Shown piece by piece: positions 29,885 through 40,510 of a stretch of 64,000 nucleotides of DNA (position 1 is the first letter of the stretch; each line of letters opens with the position of its first letter). The stretch comes from an uncultured Deinococcales bacterium (GTDB lineage: Bacteria > Deinococcota > Deinococci > Deinococcales > JAAFIG01). The stretch covers positions 2,146 to 66,145 of the forward strand of contig CAXTTL010000004.1 of NCBI GenBank assembly GCA_964247135.1, in the 5' to 3' direction. The notes under the pieces were generated by a model. That model was not told the origin of the DNA, did not search any database, and saw only the letters and a list, made by a program, of their open reading frames with translations. A program made the translations under genes and the position numbers.

Positions 29885-30925
29885 TTAGTGCTGATGGCGC
29901 AAGAGGTTTTCCAAACGATCCACCAGGTTGAGTTTTGAGAGCGTCCTCATGCGGCGGTGAGCGCCCTCGGTGCGAACTTCGGCTTCGATTCGACCGGCTT
30001 GCTCGAGGTTTTGCAATGCGGCTTCAAAATGCCCCAAATTCTTGTTGGCTTGCGCCAAAGTGCGGCGCACCGTGGCTTCCAGAGCACGCATTTTGGTCTG
30101 CACGGCAAGCTCGAGCGCGGCGCCGGCAACCTCCTCGGCTTCTTGATCCTGACCCTGCGCCAATCGAATCTGAGCCAGAATCGACAAGCACTGGGCTTCG
30201 CCCTCATTAATGCCCTGCGCCCGAAGCAGCTCGAGCGCCTGGTTGACTTCCAGGAGGGCTTCCTCGAGCTTGTTCAGACCAATCAGGATTTCGGCGCGGT
30301 TGACGCGGTTGCGCAACTTTAAATCCTCGAGTTTGAGTTCATTGCACAGTTTTTGTGACCGTTCGATGGTGTTCAACCCCGCCTGAAACTGCGACAAACC
30401 GTTGCACGCCACCGCCGCGTTCGAGAGCGCGATGGCTTCACGCACGCGGTCACCCAGAGACACGGCGCGTTCGATGGCTTCCTGGGCGTACTCGAGCGAG
30501 GTTAAATTCTGACCCAATTGATGGTACATGACGCTGATGTTGTTCAGACAAGAACTGACCATCGCATGGTCTTGAAGCTCCAAGCTCAGCCTGTAGGCTT
30601 CGTTGACCAAACCCACCGCGCGTTCCATATCACCAAACCAGTTGTGAACCTGGGCAAGTAAATTCAAGCTGTCGCGCTCGAGCACCTGATTGAGGTTGTT
30701 GCGGGCGATCTCGAGGGCGCGGGTCAGCGGCTCTAGACTCTGTTCGGGTTGCCCTGACATCAAAAACGCGTGCGCCAATGAGCGCAAGGCTAAACCTTGT
30801 CCCAACTCGTCAGCGTTTGATTCGGCTAACTCCAAAGCTTGACGGCTTAAGGCTTCGCTGGCTTGACGGTCGGTGTACCGAGTCTGCCAGGCGCTTTGAT
30901 TGAGTTCCTGAACTGTTTTGCTCAT
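29885..30925 (-). CDS. tetratricopeptide repeat protein
   Basis: Repeated helical units (LNLLAQ, LNNIS, LSNAA, A...ALELA). Confidence 0.8.
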   Translation of the reverse strand: MSKTVQELNQSAWQTRYTDRQASEALSRQALELAESNADELGQGLALRSLAHAFLMSGQPEQSLEPLTRALEIARNNLNQVLERDSLNLLAQVHNWFGDMERAVGLVNEAYRLSLELQDHAMVSSCLNNISVMYHQLGQNLTSLEYAQEAIERAVSLGDRVREAIALSNAAVACNGLSQFQAGLNTIERSQKLCNELKLEDLKLRNRVNRAEILIGLNKLEEALLEVNQALELLRAQGINEGEAQCLSILAQIRLAQGQDQEAEEVAGAALELAVQTKMRALEATVRRTLAQANKNLGHFEAALQNLEQAGRIEAEVRTEGAHRRMRTLSKLNLVDRLENLLRHQH

Positions 30926-30995
30926 ACGTCACCGCCAATCAACAGCGCCAGAACCTGAGTGCAGCAAGTGTTGGAAAAAACGCAGAAGTGAGGCA

Positions 30996-32930
30996 TCAAT
31001 TTCCACTCACCGCCCAAGTGACGGCGGCATTGAACAACAGCCCACCAGCCCAATCGAGTTTTGAGGCACCGTTGTCACCCAGCATCAACGCCACGCGTCG
31101 TCCTGGCGCAGTCATGCCGACCATTGCTGCCCCTTTGTCGTAAGCAAAGATCGTTGACAGGCTCGAGTTTGAGCTGAGCGTGGCAATCTTGATGGCGGTG
31201 GTTGCAGGTATTCCGAATGACAGCATGTCAGGGCTGGTATAAGACGCATAAGTCCCAGAGTACAAGCCTGCCGTCAATGGATGCGTGCCTGAAACGTTGA
31301 TGTTGTTTTCTAAGGCATACGCACCGGTATTCGTCTGAAGATCAACCATACCCATATCGTCAAACAACAAACTTTCCCAGACAATCACTGGAGCACTGAC
31401 ATTGCGAAATTTGGTGTTGACATCGGTAGCAGTCACCGTTGAAGAAATCACAACCAAATCCTTTGCCGTTGCATCCGTCGTTTTTGATAGCAGTCCTGTC
31501 ACCAGGCTCACGGTGTATCCCATATGCTCGAGGATGTACTTGACGGCGGCATCGCCAGCGTTCAAGGTGGCTGAGCCAACCACCAACAAGGCTTTTTTGA
31601 ACGAAAAATCTGGCAGTTGCTGCATGGCATAAGCCATGCTGACCATGCTGTAACCACCTGGATAGACTGCTGCACTGTCGATCAGGTACTTTTGCAAATT
31701 GGGGCGATTAACTGCTGCGGTATCCATCATCATCAACGCCAACAATCCCGAAATCTGCGGTGCGGCAAACGAAGTCCCGCTCCCGTAACCACCCGCATTG
31801 CCAGGCAACGCACCATAAACCAGTTCTCCAGGAGCGGTAATCTCGAGCGCGGAGCTTTTGTTGGAAAAGATTGACAACAAACTGGTCGAAGCCACGCTGC
31901 CTACACTGATCAAATACTTCTCAAACGGAGCCGTTTTTGCGCGTTGTGCCGGATAGGTCAGTGTGGTGCTGCCATTGTTACCAGCCGAAACCACCACATA
32001 CACGCCACGACTAGTCGCATAATCAATTTCCGCCTCGAGCGCTGCATTGTCTGTGGTTGCCCCCAAACTGAGGTTGATGATCTGCGCACCTTTTTGAATC
32101 GCCCAGTCAATGCCTGAAACCACATCGGTTTCGCTGCCTGAACCATCGGGTTTCAGTACCCGAATCGGCAAGATCGTGGCTTTGGGCGCCATTTGCAGAA
32201 TTACGCTGGAAATAAACGTGCCGTGACCATAACCGTTGCCACCTGAAACTTCTTGAGGATTAAAGTCAAAATCAACAAAATCAAACCATTCGGTTGAAGG
32301 CGCCAAACGACCCGCAAACGCCGTATGTGTTAAATCGATACCACTGTCAATCACAGCAATTTTTGCGCCAGCACCAAAGTTTTTTGAAACAGCCTGAGCT
32401 GCGGGCAAACGGCTTAAATTCCAAAGATAACGGTTCTCGCTTGGCATGGTGGGCAGTGTTGTGGTGCTACCACTGCTCCAGGAAGACCAACCGCTGCCCC
32501 AACTGGTCCAACTACTGCCCCAAGTGCTCCAACTGCTACCCCAGGTGCTCCAGGCTTCACTGCCCACAACCCGAGGTAACTTCGTGGACTTGCTTTCTGG
32601 TAACTCGAGTGCTCCGGTGTTGGCTTCAAACGCAAGTACCTCCGCATTTGCTGCTGGCGCACTGTTCACCCCGAGCACGGCAAAACCTGCCTCTGGGTGA
32701 AAGACTTGCACCTTGCCAGAATATAAAGACTCGAGGGCTGCAATATTGTCAGTCGCAGCCACTTTTAAAGTCAGGACGTATGGATAGCCGCCCTGATCTA
32801 TGGAAATCTGTGTGGTACCGCAACCAGTCAGGAACATCAGGGCGCTCAAAAACGTTGGCGCCAACCAGTATGACCTAAGACGACCTTTCTGGTTTTGTAA
32901 GCCTTTGTCAATCAAAACTGAATGCTTCAT
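30996..32930 (-). CDS. S8 subtilisin-family serine protease, putative lipoprotein
   Basis: LTGC lipobox; IAVIDSG, GHGT, SAGN, GTSFAAP. Confidence 0.92.
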   Translation of the reverse strand: MKHSVLIDKGLQNQKGRLRSYWLAPTFLSALMFLTGCGTTQISIDQGGYPYVLTLKVAATDNIAALESLYSGKVQVFHPEAGFAVLGVNSAPAANAEVLAFEANTGALELPESKSTKLPRVVGSEAWSTWGSSWSTWGSSWTSWGSGWSSWSSGSTTTLPTMPSENRYLWNLSRLPAAQAVSKNFGAGAKIAVIDSGIDLTHTAFAGRLAPSTEWFDFVDFDFNPQEVSGGNGYGHGTFISSVILQMAPKATILPIRVLKPDGSGSETDVVSGIDWAIQKGAQIINLSLGATTDNAALEAEIDYATSRGVYVVVSAGNNGSTTLTYPAQRAKTAPFEKYLISVGSVASTSLLSIFSNKSSALEITAPGELVYGALPGNAGGYGSGTSFAAPQISGLLALMMMDTAAVNRPNLQKYLIDSAAVYPGGYSMVSMAYAMQQLPDFSFKKALLVVGSATLNAGDAAVKYILEHMGYTVSLVTGLLSKTTDATAKDLVVISSTVTATDVNTKFRNVSAPVIVWESLLFDDMGMVDLQTNTGAYALENNINVSGTHPLTAGLYSGTYASYTSPDMLSFGIPATTAIKIATLSSNSSLSTIFAYDKGAAMVGMTAPGRRVALMLGDNGASKLDWAGGLLFNAAVTWAVSGN

Positions 32931-33166
32931 GAAGTTAGATTACGAAAGGTTTATCACCGTTTTCTTACTCTGACCACATTATTTTTCTCGATTGGTGTAC
33001 GAGATAGAATACTTAATTTTGGTAAACTTCAAGACTTTAGATCACTTCAAAACACCCAAATCAATGTGCTCGGAATCGTTTCAAATCTCGAGAAGCCGCA
33101 GATCAGATCAGGATTCCAACCCGAGGCTTTGGCTTGTCGAACGTGATGGTTGGTCTTCCAAAACCA

Positions 33167-33200
33167 GAACCTCGAGCCTCAAAACACAGGCTCGAGGTTC
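33167..33200. terminator. hairpin downstream of prfB with CTCGAG in both arms
   Basis: GAACCTCGAGCCT ... AGGCTCGAGGTTC. Confidence 0.65.
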
Positions 33201-33221
33201 AAGGTTTAGCAGTTGACTTCC

Positions 33222-34326
33222 TCAATCGTCGTCATTGCTGGCGGCGGCGGTGGCACGGTTGCCCGCCTGCCACTCGAGTCCAGCCCAAATAAAATCGTCA
33301 ATGTCACCGTCGAGCACATTAAACGGATCGTGACGCATGACGCCCGTGCGGTGGTCTTTGACGTACTGCTTGTCGAGCACATAAGAGCGAATCTGACTGC
33401 CCCATTCAATCGATTTTTGCTGCCCGCGCAATTTATCTTCGAGGTCGCGGCGTTTTTTGTCTTGCTGCTCAAACAACCTCGAGCGCAAGACCGTGAAGGC
33501 TTTGTCTTTGTTTTTCAGTTGGCTGCGCCCGTCCTGGCAGACGACCACCAGCATTTCCGGTGTGCCTGCCTTGTAGGTTAATCGCACGGCGCTGTCGGTC
33601 GTGTTGACGCCCTGCCCGCCGTGACCGCCGCTGCGGAAGACATCGATGCGCACATCGGCAAGGTTGATTTCGACTTCAGACGCGTCCTCGATTTCGGGCA
33701 CGATTTCGATGTTGGAAAAACTGGTTTGACGTTTTCCTTGCGCGTTAAACGGCGAAACCCGCACCAGGCGGTGAACGCCCGCCTCGGCGCGAAGCAGACC
33801 GTAAGCCCGTTCGCCGCGCACGATAAATTCGGCTTCGGTGATGCCAGCCTGTTCGGCTGCCGCGACATCCAAAATCTCGACCGCAAAATCGTGACGCTCG
33901 GCAAAACGCCGCATCATGCGCAAGAGCATTTCCGCCCAGTCGTTGGATTCCGTGCCGCCCGCCCCAGGTTTGATGGTGATGATCGCCGCAGAATCGGCAT
34001 GACCGACGTTAAACAGCGTCTCGCGGTACAGGTTTTCAACCCGAGCCGTGGCTTCATCCACGTCCGGCTGCAAACCCGCAACCTCTTCGGGGTTTGCCAT
34101 CTCGAGCATTTCCGAAAGCCCCGTCACGTCCGACTCGAGCTTGGCAAAATCATCGACCACGCGTCGCGCCCGAGTGCTTTCTTGCGTGACCTTGCGGGCG
34201 TTTTCGGGGTCGTTCCAGAGGTTTTGGTCGTTCAGTTCGATGTCAAGTTGGCTTAAGCGTTTTTGTTTGCCAGGGATGTCAAAGATACCCCCGAAGGGCT
34301 TCAATTTTTTCTTGCAATTCGATCAT
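33222..34326 (-). CDS. prfB: peptide chain release factor 2 (programmed +1 frameshift)
   Basis: ATG 34326 gives MIELQEKIEALRGYL, then CTT-TGA-C (34284-34278) after an internal SD GGGGG; +1 frame continues DIPGKQ...SPF...GGQ. Confidence 0.96.
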
Positions 34327-34428
34327 GGTTTTTCTCCTTCAAATCTCTCGAGATCAAACTCGAGCACGAAGAGGAAGCTTATCACAGAGAAGGGAACGAT
34401 TTGAAACCCCATATCGTATTCTCGAGGT

Positions 34429-35196
34429 ATGACCAACGAAATCCCAGCCATCAAACTCGAGAATTTGCACAAACAATTTGGTGCGGTGACTGCCGTCTCG
34501 AGCATCAGTTTGAACATTGCGCAAGGGCAGTTGTACGGCTTATTGGGTCCAAACGGCGCGGGCAAAACCACAACCTTGCGTATGATCGCGGGCTTATTAA
34601 AACCTGACACCGGCGATGTGCAGATTCTGGGAAAGAGCGTGACCAAACAACCCAAACTGGCAAAGCAACCACTTGCATATTTACCAGACGATCCGCTCTT
34701 GTACGGCAAACTCCGCCCGCTCGAGTACCTGGAATTTGTGGCGGGACTCTGGGGCATTAACGCGGACACCGCTGCACCCAAAGCCGCCAGCTTGCTCGAG
34801 TTGATGGGTTTGTGGAACAACCGTTTTGAATTGATCGAGGGTTTCTCGAGGGGCATGAAACAAAAACTGGCGCTGGCTGGCGCGATGGTGCACGAACCCA
34901 AAATCATGATTCTGGACGAGCCGTTAACCGGTTTGGACGCTGCGGCAGCGCGGCAGGTCAAAGATTTGCTGGTCGATTACGTCAAAGCTGGCAACACCGT
35001 GGTCTTGACCACCCACATTCTCGAGGTGGCAGAACGACTGGCAGACCGCATCGGCATTATTGCAAGGGGCGCTTTGATCGCCGAGGGAACGCTCGAGGAA
35101 TTGCGCGGGCAAAGCCATGAGGTCGGGGCTTACGGCGCGAAAGCCTCACTCGAGGACGTCTTTCTCGAGTTGACCGGCGCGGGTGAAGCACAATGA
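34429..35196 (+). CDS. ABC transporter ATP-binding protein
   Basis: GPNGAGKTT, FSRGMKQK, ILDEP. Confidence 0.95.
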   Translation: MTNEIPAIKLENLHKQFGAVTAVSSISLNIAQGQLYGLLGPNGAGKTTTLRMIAGLLKPDTGDVQILGKSVTKQPKLAKQPLAYLPDDPLLYGKLRPLEYLEFVAGLWGINADTAAPKAASLLELMGLWNNRFELIEGFSRGMKQKLALAGAMVHEPKIMILDEPLTGLDAAAARQVKDLLVDYVKAGNTVVLTTHILEVAERLADRIGIIARGALIAEGTLEELRGQSHEVGAYGAKASLEDVFLELTGAGEAQ

Positions 35197-36749
35197 CCGC
35201 TGTCGGCAGCTTGCCGTGGTTGATTCGCAACGAATTGCGTTTGTCTTGGCGTGCCCTGACCGCCAAAACAAAACCCTGGGTCTGGGCGGTGCTGATCGTT
35301 TTGGGACTTGCGGCGGTGATCGTTCCCGTCTTTTTTTTGGCGCAGGATATTCGCGGAAAACTGGCATTTCAAGGCGCACCACCCACCATTGCCTTGGTCT
35401 TGGCGCAAGCTTTTAGCCTGGTCACCTTCACCTTGCTGCTTTCGGGCAGTATCGCCTCGAGCGTCGAAGCCTTGTTCGAACGCGGCGATCTGGATTTACT
35501 GGTCTCCAGCCCACTCGATTCCAAAGTGATTTTTGCCGCTCGAGCCTTGTCGGTCGCGTTAAAAACCTTCCTCGGCAGTCTGGCGTTTATCTTGCTGGCG
35601 GTGATTGCCGGACTGATTCTGGGCATCTGGCAAATTCTGGGGTTGATTCCGCTCCTCGCTGCCATTTCCCTGATCTCGAGCGCCTTTGGGATGTTGTTGA
35701 CCTTGGGTTTGGTGCGTTTGATCGGGGCGCGTCGCGCCAAAACCGTGGCGCAGGTTTTGAGCGCCGTGGTCGGTGCAGCCGTCTACATCGCATCGCAAAG
35801 TTTTAGATTTCTCGGCAACTCGAGCGCCACCAGCGGCATCACGGGTTGGATCGTGAACCTGCTGAGGGGCAACGTGGACACCTCGGGTTTTTGGTGGCTG
35901 CCCGCTCGAGCCGCGTTTCTGGACCCAATCGGTTCTGTTCTGATGCTGGCGCTCGGCGCGGTTTTATTGTGGTTCACGACCAATTTGGTGCACAACACCT
36001 TTATTCTTGGCACGCAAACCGCCACGATTGGCGGCGGCAAACGCCTGGTGGCAAGCAATTCAAGCTCGAGCAATAAACCTGTCAAATTCGCTTCGGGTTT
36101 GACCCGCGTCGTCATGAACAAAGAATGGCGTCTGATCGCCCGCGACCCGTACCTGATCTCGCAACTGGGTTTGCAAATGCTGTACCTGCTGCCCGCCGTT
36201 TTTGTCTTCTGGCAACCTGGTTCGACCAAATACAGTCCTTTCGGCTCGAGTTTTACCAGTTTTGCCGTCAACGTTTTTATCGTGCTGCTCGGCGGAACGC
36301 TGATCTCGAGGTTGACCCAAATTATTGTCGCTGGCGAGGAAGCCCCAGAGTTGCTCGCCATGAGTCCTGCGGGTGGCGAAAATTTACGCTGGATCAAATT
36401 CGCTGGCGTTTTGCTTCCCACGGTTTTACTCTTCTCGCCGCTGTTGGTCTTGGTCGTGGTCAGGAACATGCACCCATTGGTTGGCTTGCTGGCGTTTTTT
36501 GGCACTGTTCTATCACTTGGCATTTTGCAAGTCTGGATGGCAAAACCGCAACCTCGAGCCGACCTGATGAAACGAAACGGACGCAGCGATTTTCTGACGG
36601 GACTGATTCAAGCCCTGATTACCTTCGCCTGGCTTGCCGTGGTTTTGGGACTCGAGTCTGGGCAGTGGTGGGGCTGGCTTGGGCTGGGTGTTGGGTCGTT
36701 GCTGCCGTTGGTGTCGTTGTTGCGTCCACGCTCGAGTTTGGGGTATTAG
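35193..36749 (+). CDS. ABC-2 type permease
   Basis: Many TM helices, DLDLLVSSP, KEWRLIARDP; coupled to the ATPase. Confidence 0.85.
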   Translation: MTAVGSLPWLIRNELRLSWRALTAKTKPWVWAVLIVLGLAAVIVPVFFLAQDIRGKLAFQGAPPTIALVLAQAFSLVTFTLLLSGSIASSVEALFERGDLDLLVSSPLDSKVIFAARALSVALKTFLGSLAFILLAVIAGLILGIWQILGLIPLLAAISLISSAFGMLLTLGLVRLIGARRAKTVAQVLSAVVGAAVYIASQSFRFLGNSSATSGITGWIVNLLRGNVDTSGFWWLPARAAFLDPIGSVLMLALGAVLLWFTTNLVHNTFILGTQTATIGGGKRLVASNSSSSNKPVKFASGLTRVVMNKEWRLIARDPYLISQLGLQMLYLLPAVFVFWQPGSTKYSPFGSSFTSFAVNVFIVLLGGTLISRLTQIIVAGEEAPELLAMSPAGGENLRWIKFAGVLLPTVLLFSPLLVLVVVRNMHPLVGLLAFFGTVLSLGILQVWMAKPQPRADLMKRNGRSDFLTGLIQALITFAWLAVVLGLESGQWWGWLGLGVGSLLPLVSLLRPRSSLGY

Positions 36750-37291
36750 GTTTTTTGCGCCCGCTCGAGCAAATCCAACACACCAACTGCTCCTGCCCAT
36801 TTTTTTAGATATTCAACATCGAGATTTGCTTGGGTTCGTAAAATGCCAAGAATGTCATTCCACTGGCGCTCACTGGTTTCATCACCCAAGCGATACCACT
36901 CGAGTTTCCCAAGCAACACATCTTCGGCGGTCATGAACGACAAGCGCTCACCAGAGCGTCGGTCTAACGCCACACGGTCATACTCGCGGGGTTTTAAAAC
37001 AAAAAAATCCAATTTAGTCCCAGTCTCGAGGTGCAAAGCATTGAAGCTCGAGTGTTGGGTGATGGCTTCTGAAACCAGAATTTCATCAATGTAAAAATCT
37101 GGTCGCAATGCCGTGACCAAAGCTGATATCTGTGCTGGTTTTAAATCGATCACAACATCCACATCCATCGTGGCGCGGTGCAAACCAAAACGTGAACTTG
37201 CCACCGAACCAACGACGGCGTGGGGTATTTCGAGGGTACTTAAAATTTCGGCAACAAACTCGAGAACTTCAGAAAATTCTTGACTGCTCAA
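36746..37291 (-). CDS. nucleotidyltransferase-fold hypothetical protein
   Basis: VVGSVAS..G..RAT.DVD motif; TAEDVLLGKLEW; RQWNDI. Confidence 0.7.
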   Translation of the reverse strand: MSSQEFSEVLEFVAEILSTLEIPHAVVGSVASSRFGLHRATMDVDVVIDLKPAQISALVTALRPDFYIDEILVSEAITQHSSFNALHLETGTKLDFFVLKPREYDRVALDRRSGERLSFMTAEDVLLGKLEWYRLGDETSERQWNDILGILRTQANLDVEYLKKWAGAVGVLDLLERAQKT

Positions 37292-37530
37292 ACGTCATCC
37301 CCACGTTCTCGTAAAGCAATTCGGTATCGTTTCGCCAAATCCTCGCCGTAATTCAAACGCACCCATTCAATTCGCGCTTCAATTTTTGAAAATCGCTTCT
37401 CGAGTTCGGTGCGCGACAGGTTGATGATGTACGCCGAGTACGCGAACGCCAGCCGCATTCGTTCGTCGGGCGAACGTTTTCTCTGCAACTCGAGTTGCAA
37501 GGCTTCAATGCTGGGGTGCGTGTCGTTCAT
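37288..37530 (-). CDS. small hypothetical protein coupled to the nucleotidyltransferase-like gene
   Basis: MNDTHPSIEALQLELQRKRSPDERMR; overlapping stop/start. Confidence 0.6.
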   Translation of the reverse strand: MNDTHPSIEALQLELQRKRSPDERMRLAFAYSAYIINLSRTELEKRFSKIEARIEWVRLNYGEDLAKRYRIALRERGDDV

Positions 37531-38006
37531 GCAAGCGCCAACCCTCGAGTTTTGAGATAACTTTGCTTGACGGTTGGTTTGATCGGTTTGGTCAAGTTCA
37601 GTTTAAAAATTTTTTCAGTCCGGCTGACGCTGTTGCCCGTGTTTTTCTCGTGAACCAAATGCAGTTCGACATTCTCGAGCGGAATCCCTGCGGGTGCGTT
37701 GCGCCGAATCACGTCGCTGATTTGGTTGGCAACGTTTTGGGCTTGAGCGCCTTGGCTTGGGTCAAACGGCACCTTGACCGTGATCTTGACGGTGTTGACG
37801 CCGTTCACACGGCTCGAGTTGATGCTCAACCCACCACCTGGCACAATTTTTTCGATTTCCTTTTGCGCATTTCCCAAGGCGCTGATTCCACTTTGAATGG
37901 CTGGCGCGTACCGTTGATACAGCAAAAACCCGCCAACACCCAGGGCAACCAGCAGCAAGAAACCGACGGCGAACGAACCGAGCACAAATTTGAGGCATCC
38001 ATTCAT
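37527..38006 (-). CDS. membrane-anchored hypothetical protein
   Basis: N-terminal GC motif and TM helix. Confidence 0.6.
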   Translation of the reverse strand: MNGCLKFVLGSFAVGFLLLVALGVGGFLLYQRYAPAIQSGISALGNAQKEIEKIVPGGGLSINSSRVNGVNTVKITVKVPFDPSQGAQAQNVANQISDVIRRNAPAGIPLENVELHLVHEKNTGNSVSRTEKIFKLNLTKPIKPTVKQSYLKTRGLALA

Positions 38007-38139
38007 GGGTTTTATGCTACCCGAGAATCATGATTTTGAAGTCAAGGTTGAGGTGTAGCCTCGCTTGAAGTTTGAATCTTGCGCATTCAGGGCTTGCAGT
38101 GGACTGATTTAATCTTTGAAGATTACAATACTCCTCGAG

Positions 38140-40125
38140 ATGCCTAATTCTAACGATTTTCTTGCGATCAACACCTTACGCGCCCTGGCGATGGATGCCG
38201 TTTGCAAAGCCAAAGAGGGTCATCCTGGAGCGCCGCTCGGCATGGCGCCGATGGCGTATGCGCTGTTCACCAAAACATTGCGCTTTAACCCAAAGAATCC
38301 AAACTGGGCGAACCGCGACCGTTTTGTGCTCTCGGCGGGTCATGCCAGCATGGTGCAGTACGGCGTGCTGCACCTCACAGGTTATGACTTGACGCTCGAG
38401 GATTTAAAGCAGTTCAGGCAGTACGAGTCGCGGACGCCCGGGCATCCAGAGTTTGGTTTCACGCCTGGGGTCGAGGTCACCACGGGTCCGCTCGGGCAGG
38501 GTTTTGGCAACGCGGTCGGTTTGGCGCTGGGCGGTTCGCACTTGGCGGCGCGTTTCAACAAACCAGGGCATGAGGTGATTGATTACACGGTGTTCGGCAT
38601 TTGCTCGGACGGCGATTTGCAGGAGGGCATCTCGCACGAGGCGGCGAGTTTCGCTGGGCATCTTGGTTTGGGCAATTTGGTGATGCTGTACGACGACAAC
38701 AAGATTCAACTCGATGGTCCAACCTCATGGGCGTTCAGTGAAGACATCACCAAACGCTTTGAGGCTTACGGCTGGCACGTGCAAAGTGTGGCGGATGGCG
38801 ACACCGATCTGGCGGGACTCGAGAAGGCGATTGCGGTTGCCAAAGCCGATTCGCGCCCGAGCCTGATTCGGGTTCACACAACCATTGGTTACGGTCTGCC
38901 CAAGGCGGGTACGGCGGACGTTCACGGCAAAGCCCCCAGCGCCGCCGAGGTTGAGTCCGCCAAAACAAAACTCGAGTACCCGAATCTGGAACCGTTCTGG
39001 GTGTCCCCAGAGGGTGCAAAACCCTGGCAGGAGGCTGGATTGAAGGGTGCTAGCCTCGAGAGCGATTGGAACGCCCAATTTGCGGCGTACAAAACCGTAT
39101 TTCCTGACCTTGCCGCCGAACTCGAGGGCATCTTGAACGGGACGCCGGTGAATGTGCCGCTCGAGGTCTACCCGAAGTACGATCCGTATGGCAAACCCGT
39201 GCGGACGCGCAACGCCAGCCATGACAGCATCAATGCCCTCATGCCCGTTGTGCCAAGTCTGATCGGTGGCAGCGCCGACCTTTCAGGCTCGAACATGACC
39301 ACGTTTAAAGACGGTGGATTTATCGGCACGGGCGATTTTGCGGGGCGCAACATCCATTACGGCGTCCGTGAGCACGCGATGGCTGCCATCGCCAACGGTC
39401 TGGCTCGCACGGGACTGCGTCCATTCGTCTCGACATTTTTCACCTTCTCCGATTACATGAAAAACAGCATCCGCCTCTCGAGCCTGATGGGTCTGCCCGT
39501 GATTTACGTGTTCACGCACGACAGCATTGGCGTGGGTACAGACGGTCCAACGCATCAACCCGTCGAGCACCTGGCGGGCTTGCGTGCCATCCCAAACTTG
39601 AACGTGATCCGCCCGAGCGACGCGAACGAAACCAGCGTCGCCTGGAAACTCGCGCTCGAGCGCACCAACGGACCGACAGCGTTGGTGCTCTCCAGACAAG
39701 ACCTACCCGTGTTGATGCCGAACTGGGAGGGAACGCTGAAGGGCGGTTACGTCGTGCAAGACTCGAGCGGCACGCCAGACGTGATCTTGATTGCCACGGG
39801 TTCTGAGGTTGGGCTGGCGATGGATTCACAAAGCAAGCTCCTCGAGCAAAACATCAACGCTCGGGTCGTGGCGCTGCCGTGCTGGGATATTTTTGACGCA
39901 CAACCACTCGAGTACCGCGAAAGCGTTTTACCATCACACATCCGCACCAGGGTCGGTATTGAGGCGGCGGCAAGTTTCGGTTGGGAGCGTTATGTCGGTT
40001 TGGACGGCAAGACCGTGACCTTGGATCGTTTCGGCGCCAGTGCGCCCGATGCCGAGGTTTTTGAGAAACTCGGTTTTAACGTCGATAACGTGGTCAAGAC
40101 GGTGCTCGAGGTGGTCAAAAAATAA
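38140..40125 (+). CDS. tkt: transketolase
   Basis: [49 protein letters not shown]. Confidence 0.97.
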   Translation: MPNSNDFLAINTLRALAMDAVCKAKEGHPGAPLGMAPMAYALFTKTLRFNPKNPNWANRDRFVLSAGHASMVQYGVLHLTGYDLTLEDLKQFRQYESRTPGHPEFGFTPGVEVTTGPLGQGFGNAVGLALGGSHLAARFNKPGHEVIDYTVFGICSDGDLQEGISHEAASFAGHLGLGNLVMLYDDNKIQLDGPTSWAFSEDITKRFEAYGWHVQSVADGDTDLAGLEKAIAVAKADSRPSLIRVHTTIGYGLPKAGTADVHGKAPSAAEVESAKTKLEYPNLEPFWVSPEGAKPWQEAGLKGASLESDWNAQFAAYKTVFPDLAAELEGILNGTPVNVPLEVYPKYDPYGKPVRTRNASHDSINALMPVVPSLIGGSADLSGSNMTTFKDGGFIGTGDFAGRNIHYGVREHAMAAIANGLARTGLRPFVSTFFTFSDYMKNSIRLSSLMGLPVIYVFTHDSIGVGTDGPTHQPVEHLAGLRAIPNLNVIRPSDANETSVAWKLALERTNGPTALVLSRQDLPVLMPNWEGTLKGGYVVQDSSGTPDVILIATGSEVGLAMDSQSKLLEQNINARVVALPCWDIFDAQPLEYRESVLPSHIRTRVGIEAAASFGWERYVGLDGKTVTLDRFGASAPDAEVFEKLGFNVDNVVKTVLEVVKK

Positions 40126-40510
40126 GTGAACATCACGATTGAGCAGCTTGATATTTTTTGGCTCGAGGAATCGATCTGGGCGCTTGCCACCCAGATCGAT
40201 TTGCCTATCGCAAACCATACAGATGTCCAAAAAAATTCAGAGCGCCAACGCTTCCAGCGATGACCTCCAGTGATCCAGGCAACTTGAGGTTAAGAAAATT
40301 TGTCGCACTCGAGATGCTCTGGGCTTGCATTTTACCCCACGATTGCTGGTATTGTGCTGCATGTCCCAGGTGCAAAAACTGTTATGTCCATGACTGCCGC
40401 CTTACCTCCGCCGTCAATTCTTTTTTGGCATTGACTTCGGTTAAATTGCTCGCGTCTCTCCGCCCCGAAATCAAGTTTTTTGGGGATGGTCAGGTATTAA
40501 AAAGGAAATC

